DNA of 64,000 nt from Candidatus Versatilivorator sp. (lineage in GTDB: Bacteria; Acidobacteriota; Terriglobia; Versatilivoradales; Versatilivoraceae). Positions 31,187 to 39,649 of the stretch are shown here, piece after piece. The notes below the pieces were generated by a model, which saw nothing but the letters and a program-made list of their open reading frames with translations, was not told where the DNA came from and ran no database searches. The position numbers and the translations under genes are program-made. Each line of letters opens with the position of its first letter. Within the stretch, counting starts at the first letter, position 1. Where the stretch lies: contig OZ242296.1 of NCBI GenBank assembly GCA_965207735.1, positions 3,424,001 to 3,488,000 on the forward strand, in the 5' to 3' direction.

Positions 31187-32227
31187 ATGAAATTCATTTG
31201 GAGAACACGTCTGGCGCCGCTGTGTTTGCTGTCGGCTCTCGCCGCCTGCCAGGCGCCGGATGAGCCTGAAAACGCGGAACGCCGCCTGCGCAACCTGCGT
31301 CAATTGACCTTTGGAGGGGAGAATGCCGAAGCCTACTTCTCCTCCGACGGTCAGCGCCTGATATTTCAAGCGACCCGCGACGGCGGCCAGTGCGACCAGA
31401 TCTTCGTGATGGGCACCGACGGCAGCGGCATCACCCGGGTCAGCAGCGGCAAGGGCCGCACCACCTGCGCCTATTTTCTCAAGGACAGCCAGCGCTTCGT
31501 CTACGCCTCGACCCACCTGGGCAGTGAAAATTGTCCGCCTCGACCCGACTTTTCCCGGGGATACGTGTGGGCCGTCTACCCCGACTACGACATATTCCTC
31601 TCCGATTTCAACCAGGGCCTTACCCGCTTGACCGACACGCCGGGCTATGACGCCGAAGCCACCCTTTCTCCCGACGGAAAAAAGATCGTATTCACCTCCA
31701 TGAGGGATGGAGACCTGGAGCTTTACTCCATGAACACCGATGGGTCGGGGGTCCAACGGCTTACCCACACCCTCGGTTACGACGGGGGCGCCTTCTACTC
31801 CCCCGACAGTCAAAAGATCGTCTACCGCGCCTCGCACCCCACCGATGAGGCCGCCAAAACCAAGTACCGGGACCTGCTGAGCCGAAACCTGATCGAGCCC
31901 AGCCAGCTCGACATCTTCGTGATGAATGCCGACGGCAGCGACCGGGTTCAGGTGACCCGCAACGGCGCCGCCAACTTCTGTCCCTTCTTCCATCCGGACG
32001 GCCGGCGGATCATCTTTGCCTCCAACCTGGGCGACCCCAGCGGCCGCAACTTCGATCTCTACCTGATCGACATCGACGGAACCAATCTGGAACAGGTCAC
32101 CTTCGACGAGACTTTCGACGGATTCCCGATGTTCTCCCCGGACGGGAAGCAACTGGTCTTCGCCTCCAACCGCCACGGAAAAGTTCGCGGCGAGACCAAC
32201 GTCTTCATCGCCGACTGGGTGGAGTAG
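31187..32227 (+). CDS. TolB-like PD40 beta-propeller lipoprotein
   Basis: Lipobox LAAC; repeated SPDGK/PD40 motifs; GENAEAYFS. Confidence 0.88.
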   Translation: MKFIWRTRLAPLCLLSALAACQAPDEPENAERRLRNLRQLTFGGENAEAYFSSDGQRLIFQATRDGGQCDQIFVMGTDGSGITRVSSGKGRTTCAYFLKDSQRFVYASTHLGSENCPPRPDFSRGYVWAVYPDYDIFLSDFNQGLTRLTDTPGYDAEATLSPDGKKIVFTSMRDGDLELYSMNTDGSGVQRLTHTLGYDGGAFYSPDSQKIVYRASHPTDEAAKTKYRDLLSRNLIEPSQLDIFVMNADGSDRVQVTRNGAANFCPFFHPDGRRIIFASNLGDPSGRNFDLYLIDIDGTNLEQVTFDETFDGFPMFSPDGKQLVFASNRHGKVRGETNVFIADWVE

Positions 32228-32247
32228 GCCCGACCGTTAAACGACCC

Positions 32248-32859
32248 TTGGCTCCTTCTCCGCAAGCCGATTTCCTTCCCCGATCTTTCTTCGACCGCCC
32301 CACCCAAACGGTCGCCCGTGAGCTGCTGGGTTGCCGTCTCGTTCGAAAGCTGGGCGGGACCCTGCTGGCGGCAACCATCGTCGAAACCGAAGCCTACATC
32401 GGCGAGAAAGATCTGGCCTGCCACGCCAAAGCGGGCCGAACCCCGCGAACCGAGATCATGTACGGCCCCCCGGGATTCGCTTACGTCTACTTCACCTACG
32501 GAATGCACTGGATGCTGAATCTGGTCACTGAGGCGGCCGGCTTCCCGGCGGCCGTGCTCATTCGAGCCCTCGAGCCGCTAGAGGGGATTGCACGCATGCA
32601 GGAGCTCCGAGGCGGCAAGCCCCTGTCCCAACTGGCCAGTGGTCCGGCCAAGCTGACCCAGGCCCTGGGGATCGCCCGGGGAGAAAACGGGCTGGACTGC
32701 TGCCGTCCCGACTCACCGCTCACCCTGGCCCGAGGGGAAGAGGTGCCGCCCTCCTCTGTAGTGGCGACGCCCCGCATCGGCCTGGGGCAGACACCCGAGC
32801 CCTGGTTGTCCAAGCCTTGGCGATTTACCATCCGGGGGAATGGGTTTGTCTCGAGGTGA
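32248..32859 (+). CDS. mpg: DNA-3-methyladenine glycosylase (MPG)
   Basis: IVETEAY, AYVYFTYGMH, AVLIRALEP, GPAKL, PRIG. Confidence 0.94.
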   Translation: MAPSPQADFLPRSFFDRPTQTVARELLGCRLVRKLGGTLLAATIVETEAYIGEKDLACHAKAGRTPRTEIMYGPPGFAYVYFTYGMHWMLNLVTEAAGFPAAVLIRALEPLEGIARMQELRGGKPLSQLASGPAKLTQALGIARGENGLDCCRPDSPLTLARGEEVPPSSVVATPRIGLGQTPEPWLSKPWRFTIRGNGFVSR

Positions 32860-32960
32860 GAAAAATGGGGAGTCACGGAAGCCGGGCCGCCAGGTGAAGG
32901 CTGATACGGAAGCGGAGATGCCGGACCGGCGCCGAGGATCGATATTTTTTTCCACTATGA

Positions 32961-33105
32961 ACATCGATAGACAGGATGAACAGGACGAGAGGGGGCTGCA
33001 CGAGAAGCTGGCTTGGCAGATGATCCGGTGTGGGCCTACGTATGCCCAGGATTACAAGACACCAGACTCGTAAAACCAAATCCTGTATATCCTGTCTATC
33101 GATGT
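32961..33105. repeat. Periodic inverted-repeat element (ACAGGAT-type), inverted relative to the 28353 copy
   Basis: ACATCGATAGACAGGATGAACAGGA / TCCTGTATATCCTGTCTATCGATGT (23/25); interior homologous to the 28353 copy. Confidence 0.8.
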
Positions 33106-33309
33106 GAACTTAAAACATCGTCCCGAGGGGCAGTGCTGTGGGTTCAACCGGAGCCATGGCTGAAACATGCCGGCTCCGGCGCTTCCAAACCGACCATTCG
33201 CAAGCCTGTCCTCTCACCGCCGATACAGGTTACAATGGGGCCGCCCAACCGCCGCCACCGCGGTTCGCGGCCACCGACCCATGCCGGTCGACACTCGCCG
33301 AGGAGTTCC

Positions 33310-34251
33310 ATGCGCATTGCCATCGTGATGACCCCTATTTCCGATCACCACCTCCGACTGGCCGGCCAGGTGGGGGTCTCCGACGTGGTCATTCGCTATC
33401 CGGGACTGGAATATTCCGAACTGGCCGACCAGAAAGCTCGAATCGAGTCCTTCGGACTGGGGGTCTCGGTCATCGAGGGCTACCTGCCCATTGAGGACAT
33501 CAAGCTCGGGGGACCCCAGCGCGATGCCGAGATCGAGCAGATGAAGATCCTGATCCGCAACATGGGGCGAGCCGGGATCGGCCTGCTTTGCTACAACTTC
33601 ATCGCCGGTGGCGACTGGGCCAGGACGTCGGTCAACGAAAAAGGGCGCGGAGGCGCCCTGGTCACCGGCTTTGACCTGAGCGAGCTGCCGCAGGCCACTG
33701 CCTCGAAGGCGGGCCTGCCCTCGGCCGAACGCCTCTGGGAGAACCTGGACACCTTTCTGGAAAGAATTCTGCCCGTGGCCGAGGAGTGCGGGGTCACGCT
33801 GGCCATGCATCCGGACGATCCCCCGATCTCCAACTTCCAGGGTTTTCCGCGCATCATGAACAGCGTGGAAGGCTTCGAACGACTGGTCGGCCTGAGTTCC
33901 AGTCCGGCCAACGGCATCTGCTTCTGCCAGGGGACCTTCGCCGAAATGGGAGTGGATATCCCCTCCTCCATCCGGCGCCTGGGACCTCACATCAAATACG
34001 TCCATTTCAGGGATATCCGGGGGACGAGCAGCCGCTTTGTGGAGACCTTTCACGACGAGGGGCAGACCGACATGGTGGAAGCCATGCGGGCCTACCGCGA
34101 CATCGGTTTCAACGGCCCCATGCGGCCGGACCACGTTCCGCAACTGTCGGGCGAAGAAGCGGGCGAGGCCGGCTACACCACGCTGGGCCGGCTTTTTGCC
34201 GTCGGGTACATGCGAGGGTTGATGCAGGCCGTCGGTGAGAGTTCGGCCTGA
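33310..34251 (+). CDS. uxuA: Mannonate dehydratase
   Basis: CYNF, LWENL..FL..ILPVAEE.GV.LAMHPDDPP, HFRD, MRPDHVP, GRLFAVGY. Confidence 0.92.
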   Translation: MRIAIVMTPISDHHLRLAGQVGVSDVVIRYPGLEYSELADQKARIESFGLGVSVIEGYLPIEDIKLGGPQRDAEIEQMKILIRNMGRAGIGLLCYNFIAGGDWARTSVNEKGRGGALVTGFDLSELPQATASKAGLPSAERLWENLDTFLERILPVAEECGVTLAMHPDDPPISNFQGFPRIMNSVEGFERLVGLSSSPANGICFCQGTFAEMGVDIPSSIRRLGPHIKYVHFRDIRGTSSRFVETFHDEGQTDMVEAMRAYRDIGFNGPMRPDHVPQLSGEEAGEAGYTTLGRLFAVGYMRGLMQAVGESSA

Positions 34252-34338
34252 TCCGATACCGCTACAAACGGGAAGACTCGGCCGTCTCCGGTGCGGGTCG
34301 ACCCTGAGGGCAAGCCTTGTTGCGTTTGCATCCCCGCC

Positions 34339-34947
34339 ATGATTAAGGTGATCTGCCTGGATATGGGCAAAGTCATCATCGACTACGACCCGACCATTCC
34401 GCTGGCCTCGCTCGGCGCACGCTCCCAACTGTCATTGCCGGAGATCAAGCAAGTCCTGACGGATAGGGAACCCCTGTTGCTATTCGACCGTGGCCACTAT
34501 TCCCGATCCGACTTCTACCGAACCATGTGCGCCCGCCTGCGGCTGGATGTCTCCACCGAGGAGTTCGAACAGCTCTGGACATCCCTGTTCCTGCCCGAGC
34601 CGCTTCTGGCGGAGTCCTTTCTGCTCAGCCTGAAGCGCCGCTACCGGCTCCTGATGCTCTCCAACGTGAATGAAGTCCACTTCGAGTTCATTTGGAAAAA
34701 CTATCCCCTGGTGCGCCATATCGAGGATCGGCTGCTGTCCTATGAACTGGGCTGCCTGAAACCGGAGCCCTCCATCTATCGGATCGCCATCGATCGAGCC
34801 GGAGTCCTCCCCGAAGAAATCTTCTTTGCCGACGACCGGCCGGAAAACGTCGAGGCCGCCCGGCAGGCCGGAATTGTAGCCACCTGCTTCCAGTCCGAGC
34901 GGCAGCTCAAGCTCGCCCTGGGCCGGGCCGGGGTGGTTGTCGAATGA
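34339..34947 (+). CDS. HAD family phosphatase
   Basis: LDMGKVI, LSN, KPEP, FADD. Confidence 0.88.
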   Translation: MIKVICLDMGKVIIDYDPTIPLASLGARSQLSLPEIKQVLTDREPLLLFDRGHYSRSDFYRTMCARLRLDVSTEEFEQLWTSLFLPEPLLAESFLLSLKRRYRLLMLSNVNEVHFEFIWKNYPLVRHIEDRLLSYELGCLKPEPSIYRIAIDRAGVLPEEIFFADDRPENVEAARQAGIVATCFQSERQLKLALGRAGVVVE

Positions 34948-34989
34948 AGGCGCCCGGTTGAGCACGCCGGGCCGCCACCACAGGTTGAC

Positions 34990-35739
34990 TTGCGATTCCT
35001 GATCCTGGCCGACATCCACGCCAACCTGGAGGCGCTCGAGGCGGTCCTGGAGCGGGCCAGGGGTCAATTCGACCAGGTGATTTGCTGCGGCGACCTGGTC
35101 GGCTACGGCCCCGATCCCAACCAGGTGACCGAGGCGGTGCGGCAACTGGGTCCGGCGGTGATGGTTCGTGGCAATCACGACAAGGCCGCGGTGGGACTCA
35201 CCGATCTCTCTTTGTTCAACCCCTTGGCCAGAAGCGCGGCGCTCTGGACCCAGACTCAATTGTCGGAAGAGAATCGGCGCTACTTGCTGGCGATGCCCCG
35301 CGGACCGGCGGAGGGGAGCGGATTCACGGTGGCTCACGGGTCATTGCTGGACGAGGATCAGTACCTGCTGAACCTGGAGGACGCGCTGCAGAGCCTGAGC
35401 CTGGCGGCCCACGGGCTGACCTTCTTCGGACACACCCATGTTCAGGGTGGCTTCGCCTGGTTCAAGGATCAGAGGGCCGGGCCGTTGAATCCCGATCTGA
35501 GGAAAGGGGCTGCAGAAAGCCGGCTGCTGCTCGATTCGGAGAACCGGTACTTGATCAACCCCGGGGCGGTGGGGCAGCCCAGGGACGATGACCCGCGGGC
35601 GGCCTTTGCGGTCTTTGATCAGGAGAAGGCGCTGCTTTCCTACTTCCGGGTGGAATACCCGCTCGGGCGGGTCCAGCAAAAGATGAGAAAGGTCGGGCTG
35701 CCAAGCTACCTGGCCGACCGGCTGGCCCAGGGATGGTAG
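34990..35739 (+). CDS. Metallophosphoesterase family protein
   Basis: DIHAN, GDLVGYG, RGNHD, GHTH, NPGAVGQPRD. Confidence 0.92.
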   Translation: MRFLILADIHANLEALEAVLERARGQFDQVICCGDLVGYGPDPNQVTEAVRQLGPAVMVRGNHDKAAVGLTDLSLFNPLARSAALWTQTQLSEENRRYLLAMPRGPAEGSGFTVAHGSLLDEDQYLLNLEDALQSLSLAAHGLTFFGHTHVQGGFAWFKDQRAGPLNPDLRKGAAESRLLLDSENRYLINPGAVGQPRDDDPRAAFAVFDQEKALLSYFRVEYPLGRVQQKMRKVGLPSYLADRLAQGW

Positions 35740-35762
35740 CCCGGCGTCGTTTGGCCGATCCC

Positions 35763-36200
35763 CTACCGCAGGCCGACCCCGCTGACCTGGACCTCGGGAA
35801 CCACGTAGTTCCAGTCCCGGGGCAGGTTTTCAAAGGCCACCTGAAACTCGGCAACCTGCTGCGGAGCGATCCCGCGCTCACCCCCGTACTCCAGGGCCGT
35901 ACGGGCTTCCTTCAAGACCACCTGGTCGAGGGAATCCTTGAAGAAGAAGGTCAACTCCACTTTCCGAATGGTACCCTCCCCGTCGTTGGTCAGCGATCCC
36001 TCCACGTAGAAGACCTCGTCCCCCAGGAAGTTCTCCCCCTTGGCCAACCCCAGACTGGAGAGAGTCACCCGGTCCCTGTAGGCCTCCTCCCGAGCCGCTG
36101 TCTCCGGGTCGGCGGGGGGGCGGCTCGCGTCCCCGCAGCTCGCCGCGGCCCACAAGAGTAGCAGGGCTAACACCGCTGGGAATCGACGTTTGGCAGACAT
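35763..36200 (-). CDS. FxLYD/DUF3426-like lipoprotein
   Basis: Lipobox AASC; VEGSLTND...LTFFFKD motif. Confidence 0.65.
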   Translation of the reverse strand: MSAKRRFPAVLALLLLWAAASCGDASRPPADPETAAREEAYRDRVTLSSLGLAKGENFLGDEVFYVEGSLTNDGEGTIRKVELTFFFKDSLDQVVLKEARTALEYGGERGIAPQQVAEFQVAFENLPRDWNYVVPEVQVSGVGLR

Positions 36201-36335
36201 GGCCGGAAAGTAGCACAGCCGTTGGGGGGTGTCAAACCTAGCCTGAACCTAGCCTGAGGCTGCCCCAAAGGCGGGCGCACGACCAAAAGATCTGATAGAG
36301 TCGGGAAGAAGCCCCGTAAGAATCCGGCGCGAATC

Positions 36336-36603
36336 ATGGCTACAAAGCGACTGCCTGGATGGCCGGCCATGTTTGCAACGACAGCCTTGCTGCTGCTCGG
36401 TGGGGGACCGCTTCGTTCACAACAGCGCGATCCCGCGAATGCGCAGGGACTCGGTATCGGCAACCCCCTTGCTCTTTCGGGTGGGTCTGCTGGTAAGCCT
36501 GACTCCACGCCTGGTCTTGCGAGGCGGGTACTCGCACATTCTCGGTTACCTGGATACGCCCGCCTCCCGCTCTTTCGAAACGGGAATCGGATTTCGTTTC
36601 TAG
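36336..36603 (+). pseudogene. Frameshifted small outer-membrane beta-strand protein
   Basis: Signal peptide in one frame; beta-strands ending GIGFRF in the next frame; the two join by removing one C from the C5 run at 36464-36468. Confidence 0.5.
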
Positions 36604-36613
36604 CCTGAAAACG

Positions 36614-37393
36614 ATGAAGGCGACACTCACCGGATTGCGTGGCTTGATGCTGGACCTGGACGGCACTGTCTACGAGGACAACCGCCTGATCCCCGGAGCC
36701 GCCGAAGCCATCGCCGCCCTCAGGGAGCGCGGGTTCCGGCTTCGCTTTGTGACCAACACCACCAACAAGCGACGAGAAACCATCCGGGACAAGCTCCATG
36801 TCCTGGGCATCGAATCCGATGCCTCGGAGATATTCACGGCTCCGGTGGCAGCCAGCCTGATGCTGCGGCGTCATCCGGAGGCCCGCTGCTGGGTGGTCAC
36901 CCGGGGCGACTCCATCCAGGAGTTCCAGGGCCTGAGACTGGACGAGGACCAGCCCGATTTCGTAGTTCTGGGCGATCTGATGGAAGGGTTTACCTTTGAG
37001 CTGCTCAACCGCGTCTTTCGCAAGCTGATGGACGGCGCGGAGCTGATTGCCATGCAGAAGAACCGCTACTGGCTGACCCGGGGGGAACTCACTCTGGATA
37101 TGGGGCCGTTCGTTGCCGCCCTGGAGCACGCCACCGGACGCATGGCCCGGGTGGTGGGCAAGCCCTCGCGGGAATTCTTCCACCTGGCGCTTTCGCACCT
37201 CGGACTGGCCCTGTATCAAGCGGTCATGGTGGGGGACGACTGGGAATCCGACATCGCCGGCGCCCAGCGCGCGGGCCTGCGAACGATCCTGGTCCAAACC
37301 GGCAAGTATCAACCCGCAGACGAGAAAAATCTCGATCCGCAACCGGACGGCGTCATCGAAGGCCTCGGCCGCCTGCCGGAGATCCTGGCTTGA
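36614..37393 (+). CDS. HAD-IIA hydrolase (LHPP/TIGR01458-like)
   Basis: DLDGT, FVTNTT, VVGKP, MVGDDWESDIAGA, TGKY. Confidence 0.92.
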   Translation: MKATLTGLRGLMLDLDGTVYEDNRLIPGAAEAIAALRERGFRLRFVTNTTNKRRETIRDKLHVLGIESDASEIFTAPVAASLMLRRHPEARCWVVTRGDSIQEFQGLRLDEDQPDFVVLGDLMEGFTFELLNRVFRKLMDGAELIAMQKNRYWLTRGELTLDMGPFVAALEHATGRMARVVGKPSREFFHLALSHLGLALYQAVMVGDDWESDIAGAQRAGLRTILVQTGKYQPADEKNLDPQPDGVIEGLGRLPEILA

Positions 37394-37649
37394 CATAGAC
37401 GACTTTAAGGCCGTTCCCCATGGGTCCGCTGGTCATGTCGCCAAGCCCAACCGGCGCAAGCTCATTATTCCTCCCACCACCAACACTGCCAATTCGCCGA
37501 ACGACGGCGACGCCTTCGGCAACTGGAAGGGTAAATGTGCACGATTGAGAGCATTTCCGGGACCACGCTTCGTGACCAACCGGGCAAAAGGAAACAAATC
37601 ATCCTGGACTGAAGGTGCCGATCATTCAGTGTGCTAATGGCGTGAAATA

Positions 37650-37700
37650 TTCGCTGTTAGCGAAATAAGTCTTGACTTCCAGCTCCGAAATGTTTATTTT
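37650..37700 (+). promoter_or_regulatory. Retron promoter with upstream palindromic operator
   Basis: TTCGCT-GTT-AGCGAA (37650-37664); TTGACT (37672)-17 nt-TATTTT (37695). Confidence 0.65.
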
Positions 37701-37729
37701 CAAGATGTTTGGAAAATACGGAAGTAAAA

Positions 37730-37970
37730 GTCATCACACCCTGGGTTGGCTTCGGTCAACCCGAGGAGGGGAAACCCTCTACCGCTTACTGCAGCAATCA
37801 CCCTCTCTCCTCAGTGGTGGTCGCTGAGCGAAGCGAGACCCAACCAATGACCCGTTGGGTCTCTGACACATTTGGATTTAGCTGCCACGTTCCGTCTTTC
37901 TGTTGGTGATGACCTCATTCCGCAATTCGGCGGGTGAGCAACAGAAAGGAGGTGAGAAAATGCTCTCACT
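37730..37970 (+). ncRNA. Retron ncRNA (msr-msd) with extended translational-control leader
   Basis: Flanking IR GTCATCAC (37730-37737)/GTGATGAC (37906-37913); UUCG hairpin 37743-37762; GAAA hairpin 37765-37780; branched msd-like stem with hairpins at 37810-37828 and 37835-37863; lies upstream of the retron RT. Confidence 0.8.
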
Positions 37971-38127
37971 GGGAACCAAACCGTGGCGGCGGCGACCGAA
38001 GAGCGGGGGTAAGCAGTGTAGATGGCTACGTAATCCGCGCCTGCTTCGGACAGCTATCCTTATAGGCATCTGGGCCTATCGTCTATGGAGGATTTGCCGG
38101 GCGCTTAATGGTATTTTCGGAGGCTAG
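37960..38127 (+). CDS. 55-aa cationic amphipathic peptide, putative retron effector/toxin
   Basis: Strong SD AAGGAGGT at 37946-37953; ATG 37960; 13 R/K and no D/E; hydrophobic C-terminal half. Confidence 0.7.
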   Translation: MLSLGTKPWRRRPKSGGKQCRWLRNPRLLRTAILIGIWAYRLWRICRALNGIFGG

Positions 38128-38168
38128 GTCGCTTTCCACTGTGTCAAATTACAACCGGATTGGTAAGG

Positions 38169-38504
38169 ATGGCTGTTGACGTACTATCAGAAGCACTTCG
38201 GCTGATTCGAGTGTTTCACGATGTAAAACAAAAACAATTGGCGGAACAATTGGGTATCTCGAAGTCGTATCTTTCAGAGATCGAACGAGGTAAGAAAATA
38301 CCCTCCATTGAGGTCATTCAGAAATACGCCGCTGAGTTTCAAATGCCAGTTTCGTCCATTCTTTTTTTCGCCGAGCAGTTGGTCGACCCAAACCGGAAAC
38401 CTCCAGATGCCGACCGTGTAAGAGGAATCATTGCCGGAAGGGTCATCAGTTTCCTGCAGTTCATCGAAGCAAAAGCGAAAGAACATGCCGAAGAAGCGCA
38501 CTAA
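38169..38504 (+). CDS. XRE/Cro-C1 HTH protein (retron-associated)
   Basis: EALRLIRVFHDVKQKQLAEQLGISKSYLSEIERGKK; overlaps the RT start by 20 nt. Confidence 0.9.
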   Translation: MAVDVLSEALRLIRVFHDVKQKQLAEQLGISKSYLSEIERGKKIPSIEVIQKYAAEFQMPVSSILFFAEQLVDPNRKPPDADRVRGIIAGRVISFLQFIEAKAKEHAEEAH

Positions 38505-39375
38505 ATGCTACGCGGAGCAGGATAGCCCCTTCTATAAGCTCCGCTCGAAGGCGAAACTTGCAAATCTTCTCTTTCTCAACGTCGATAAATTAGAGTTTCT
38601 TGCGGAATCCGAGGACCTATACTTCGATTTCCCCAAGAAGAAAATGAGTGGCGGTTTCCGCCCGATCAGTGCGCCGCGTGCCGATCTCAAGATTGTACAG
38701 AAGAGAATTGCAGACTTGCTTCAACGCATCACTCCGCCGGATTATCTGTTTGCGCCGGTTTGCGGGCGTTCTTATGTGGACAATGCCAAGCGGCACTTGG
38801 GAGCCAGCTCAGTTCGACACCTAGATATCGAGGATTTCTTCCCGAGTTGCACCGCAAATAAAGTCATATGGTTTTTTCGAAAGCGAATGGAATGCTCCCC
38901 GGACGTTGCAGTACTCCTTCGTGGCGTTGTCACAAGGCGTGGTTCGTTGCCACAGGGCAGCCCATGCAGTCCGATACTAGCGTATCTCTGCTATGTGGAT
39001 ATGTGGGAAGAAATTGAACGCCTAGTAGGCGAGAGTAGTTGCCAACTGAGTGTCTACGCCGACGACCTGACAATTTCAGGAGAAATGGTCCCGGAGAGTC
39101 TTATTTGGGAAATAAAACAAATACTGTTCCGACACGGTTTCCGACACAAACGCAGCAAGGAACGGAGCAAGATATACAAACCTACAAAGATAACCGGTGT
39201 AATCCTCAATGGAAACCAGCTTCTCGTGCCGAACCGGCAGCACCAGAGACTCTATCAAGTTCGTCAGAAGTTGAAGGTTTCCCGCTCGCCTGAGCACCGC
39301 AGGCAGCTTAAGGCACAACTGGTCGGGCGAGAATCACAGTTCCGCCAGATTGTCGGAACTCCGCAAAGTCAGTAG
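38485..39375 (+). CDS. Retron-type reverse transcriptase
   Basis: Region X NAKRH, LDIEDFFPS, LPQGSPCSP, YADD, region Y ITG; 296 aa with no maturase or RNase H domain. Confidence 0.93.
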   Translation: MPKKRTKCYAEQDSPFYKLRSKAKLANLLFLNVDKLEFLAESEDLYFDFPKKKMSGGFRPISAPRADLKIVQKRIADLLQRITPPDYLFAPVCGRSYVDNAKRHLGASSVRHLDIEDFFPSCTANKVIWFFRKRMECSPDVAVLLRGVVTRRGSLPQGSPCSPILAYLCYVDMWEEIERLVGESSCQLSVYADDLTISGEMVPESLIWEIKQILFRHGFRHKRSKERSKIYKPTKITGVILNGNQLLVPNRQHQRLYQVRQKLKVSRSPEHRRQLKAQLVGRESQFRQIVGTPQSQ

Positions 39376-39649
39376 ACCCACCACGGGACTCTTGCTCAAC
39401 TGGCAAGAGAAGAGTCCATAAATAGCAAGTACTCTCCAACCGTGGACTAATCGACAAGAAACGAGGATATTGGTGTCGCGACATGTTTGCGGCATTGGCC
39501 GCTCGAGGGACAATGCGTCCCACCGCCGGTCCGCGTTCCGTCCGGTTGAGCTCCCAGAAATCAGCTTCGCCAGGATATGCTATCCTTTCCACCAAAAACT
39601 TCCTGGCTAATGAAGTGCTGGCATCATCTCCGATGAGAGACTGTGCAAG

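Noticed and set aside
36240-36610. 6S RNA or riboswitch in this intergenic region
   Set aside because: No recognisable consensus; better explained by a frameshifted small ORF
38485-39375. Group II intron or CRISPR-associated RT
   Set aside because: Too short, no maturase domain, no cas genes or array; NAxxH and ITG motifs indicate a retron
39386-39417. Hairpin after the RT as an intrinsic terminator
   Set aside because: Alternative stems are present but there is no U-tract; function cannot be supported
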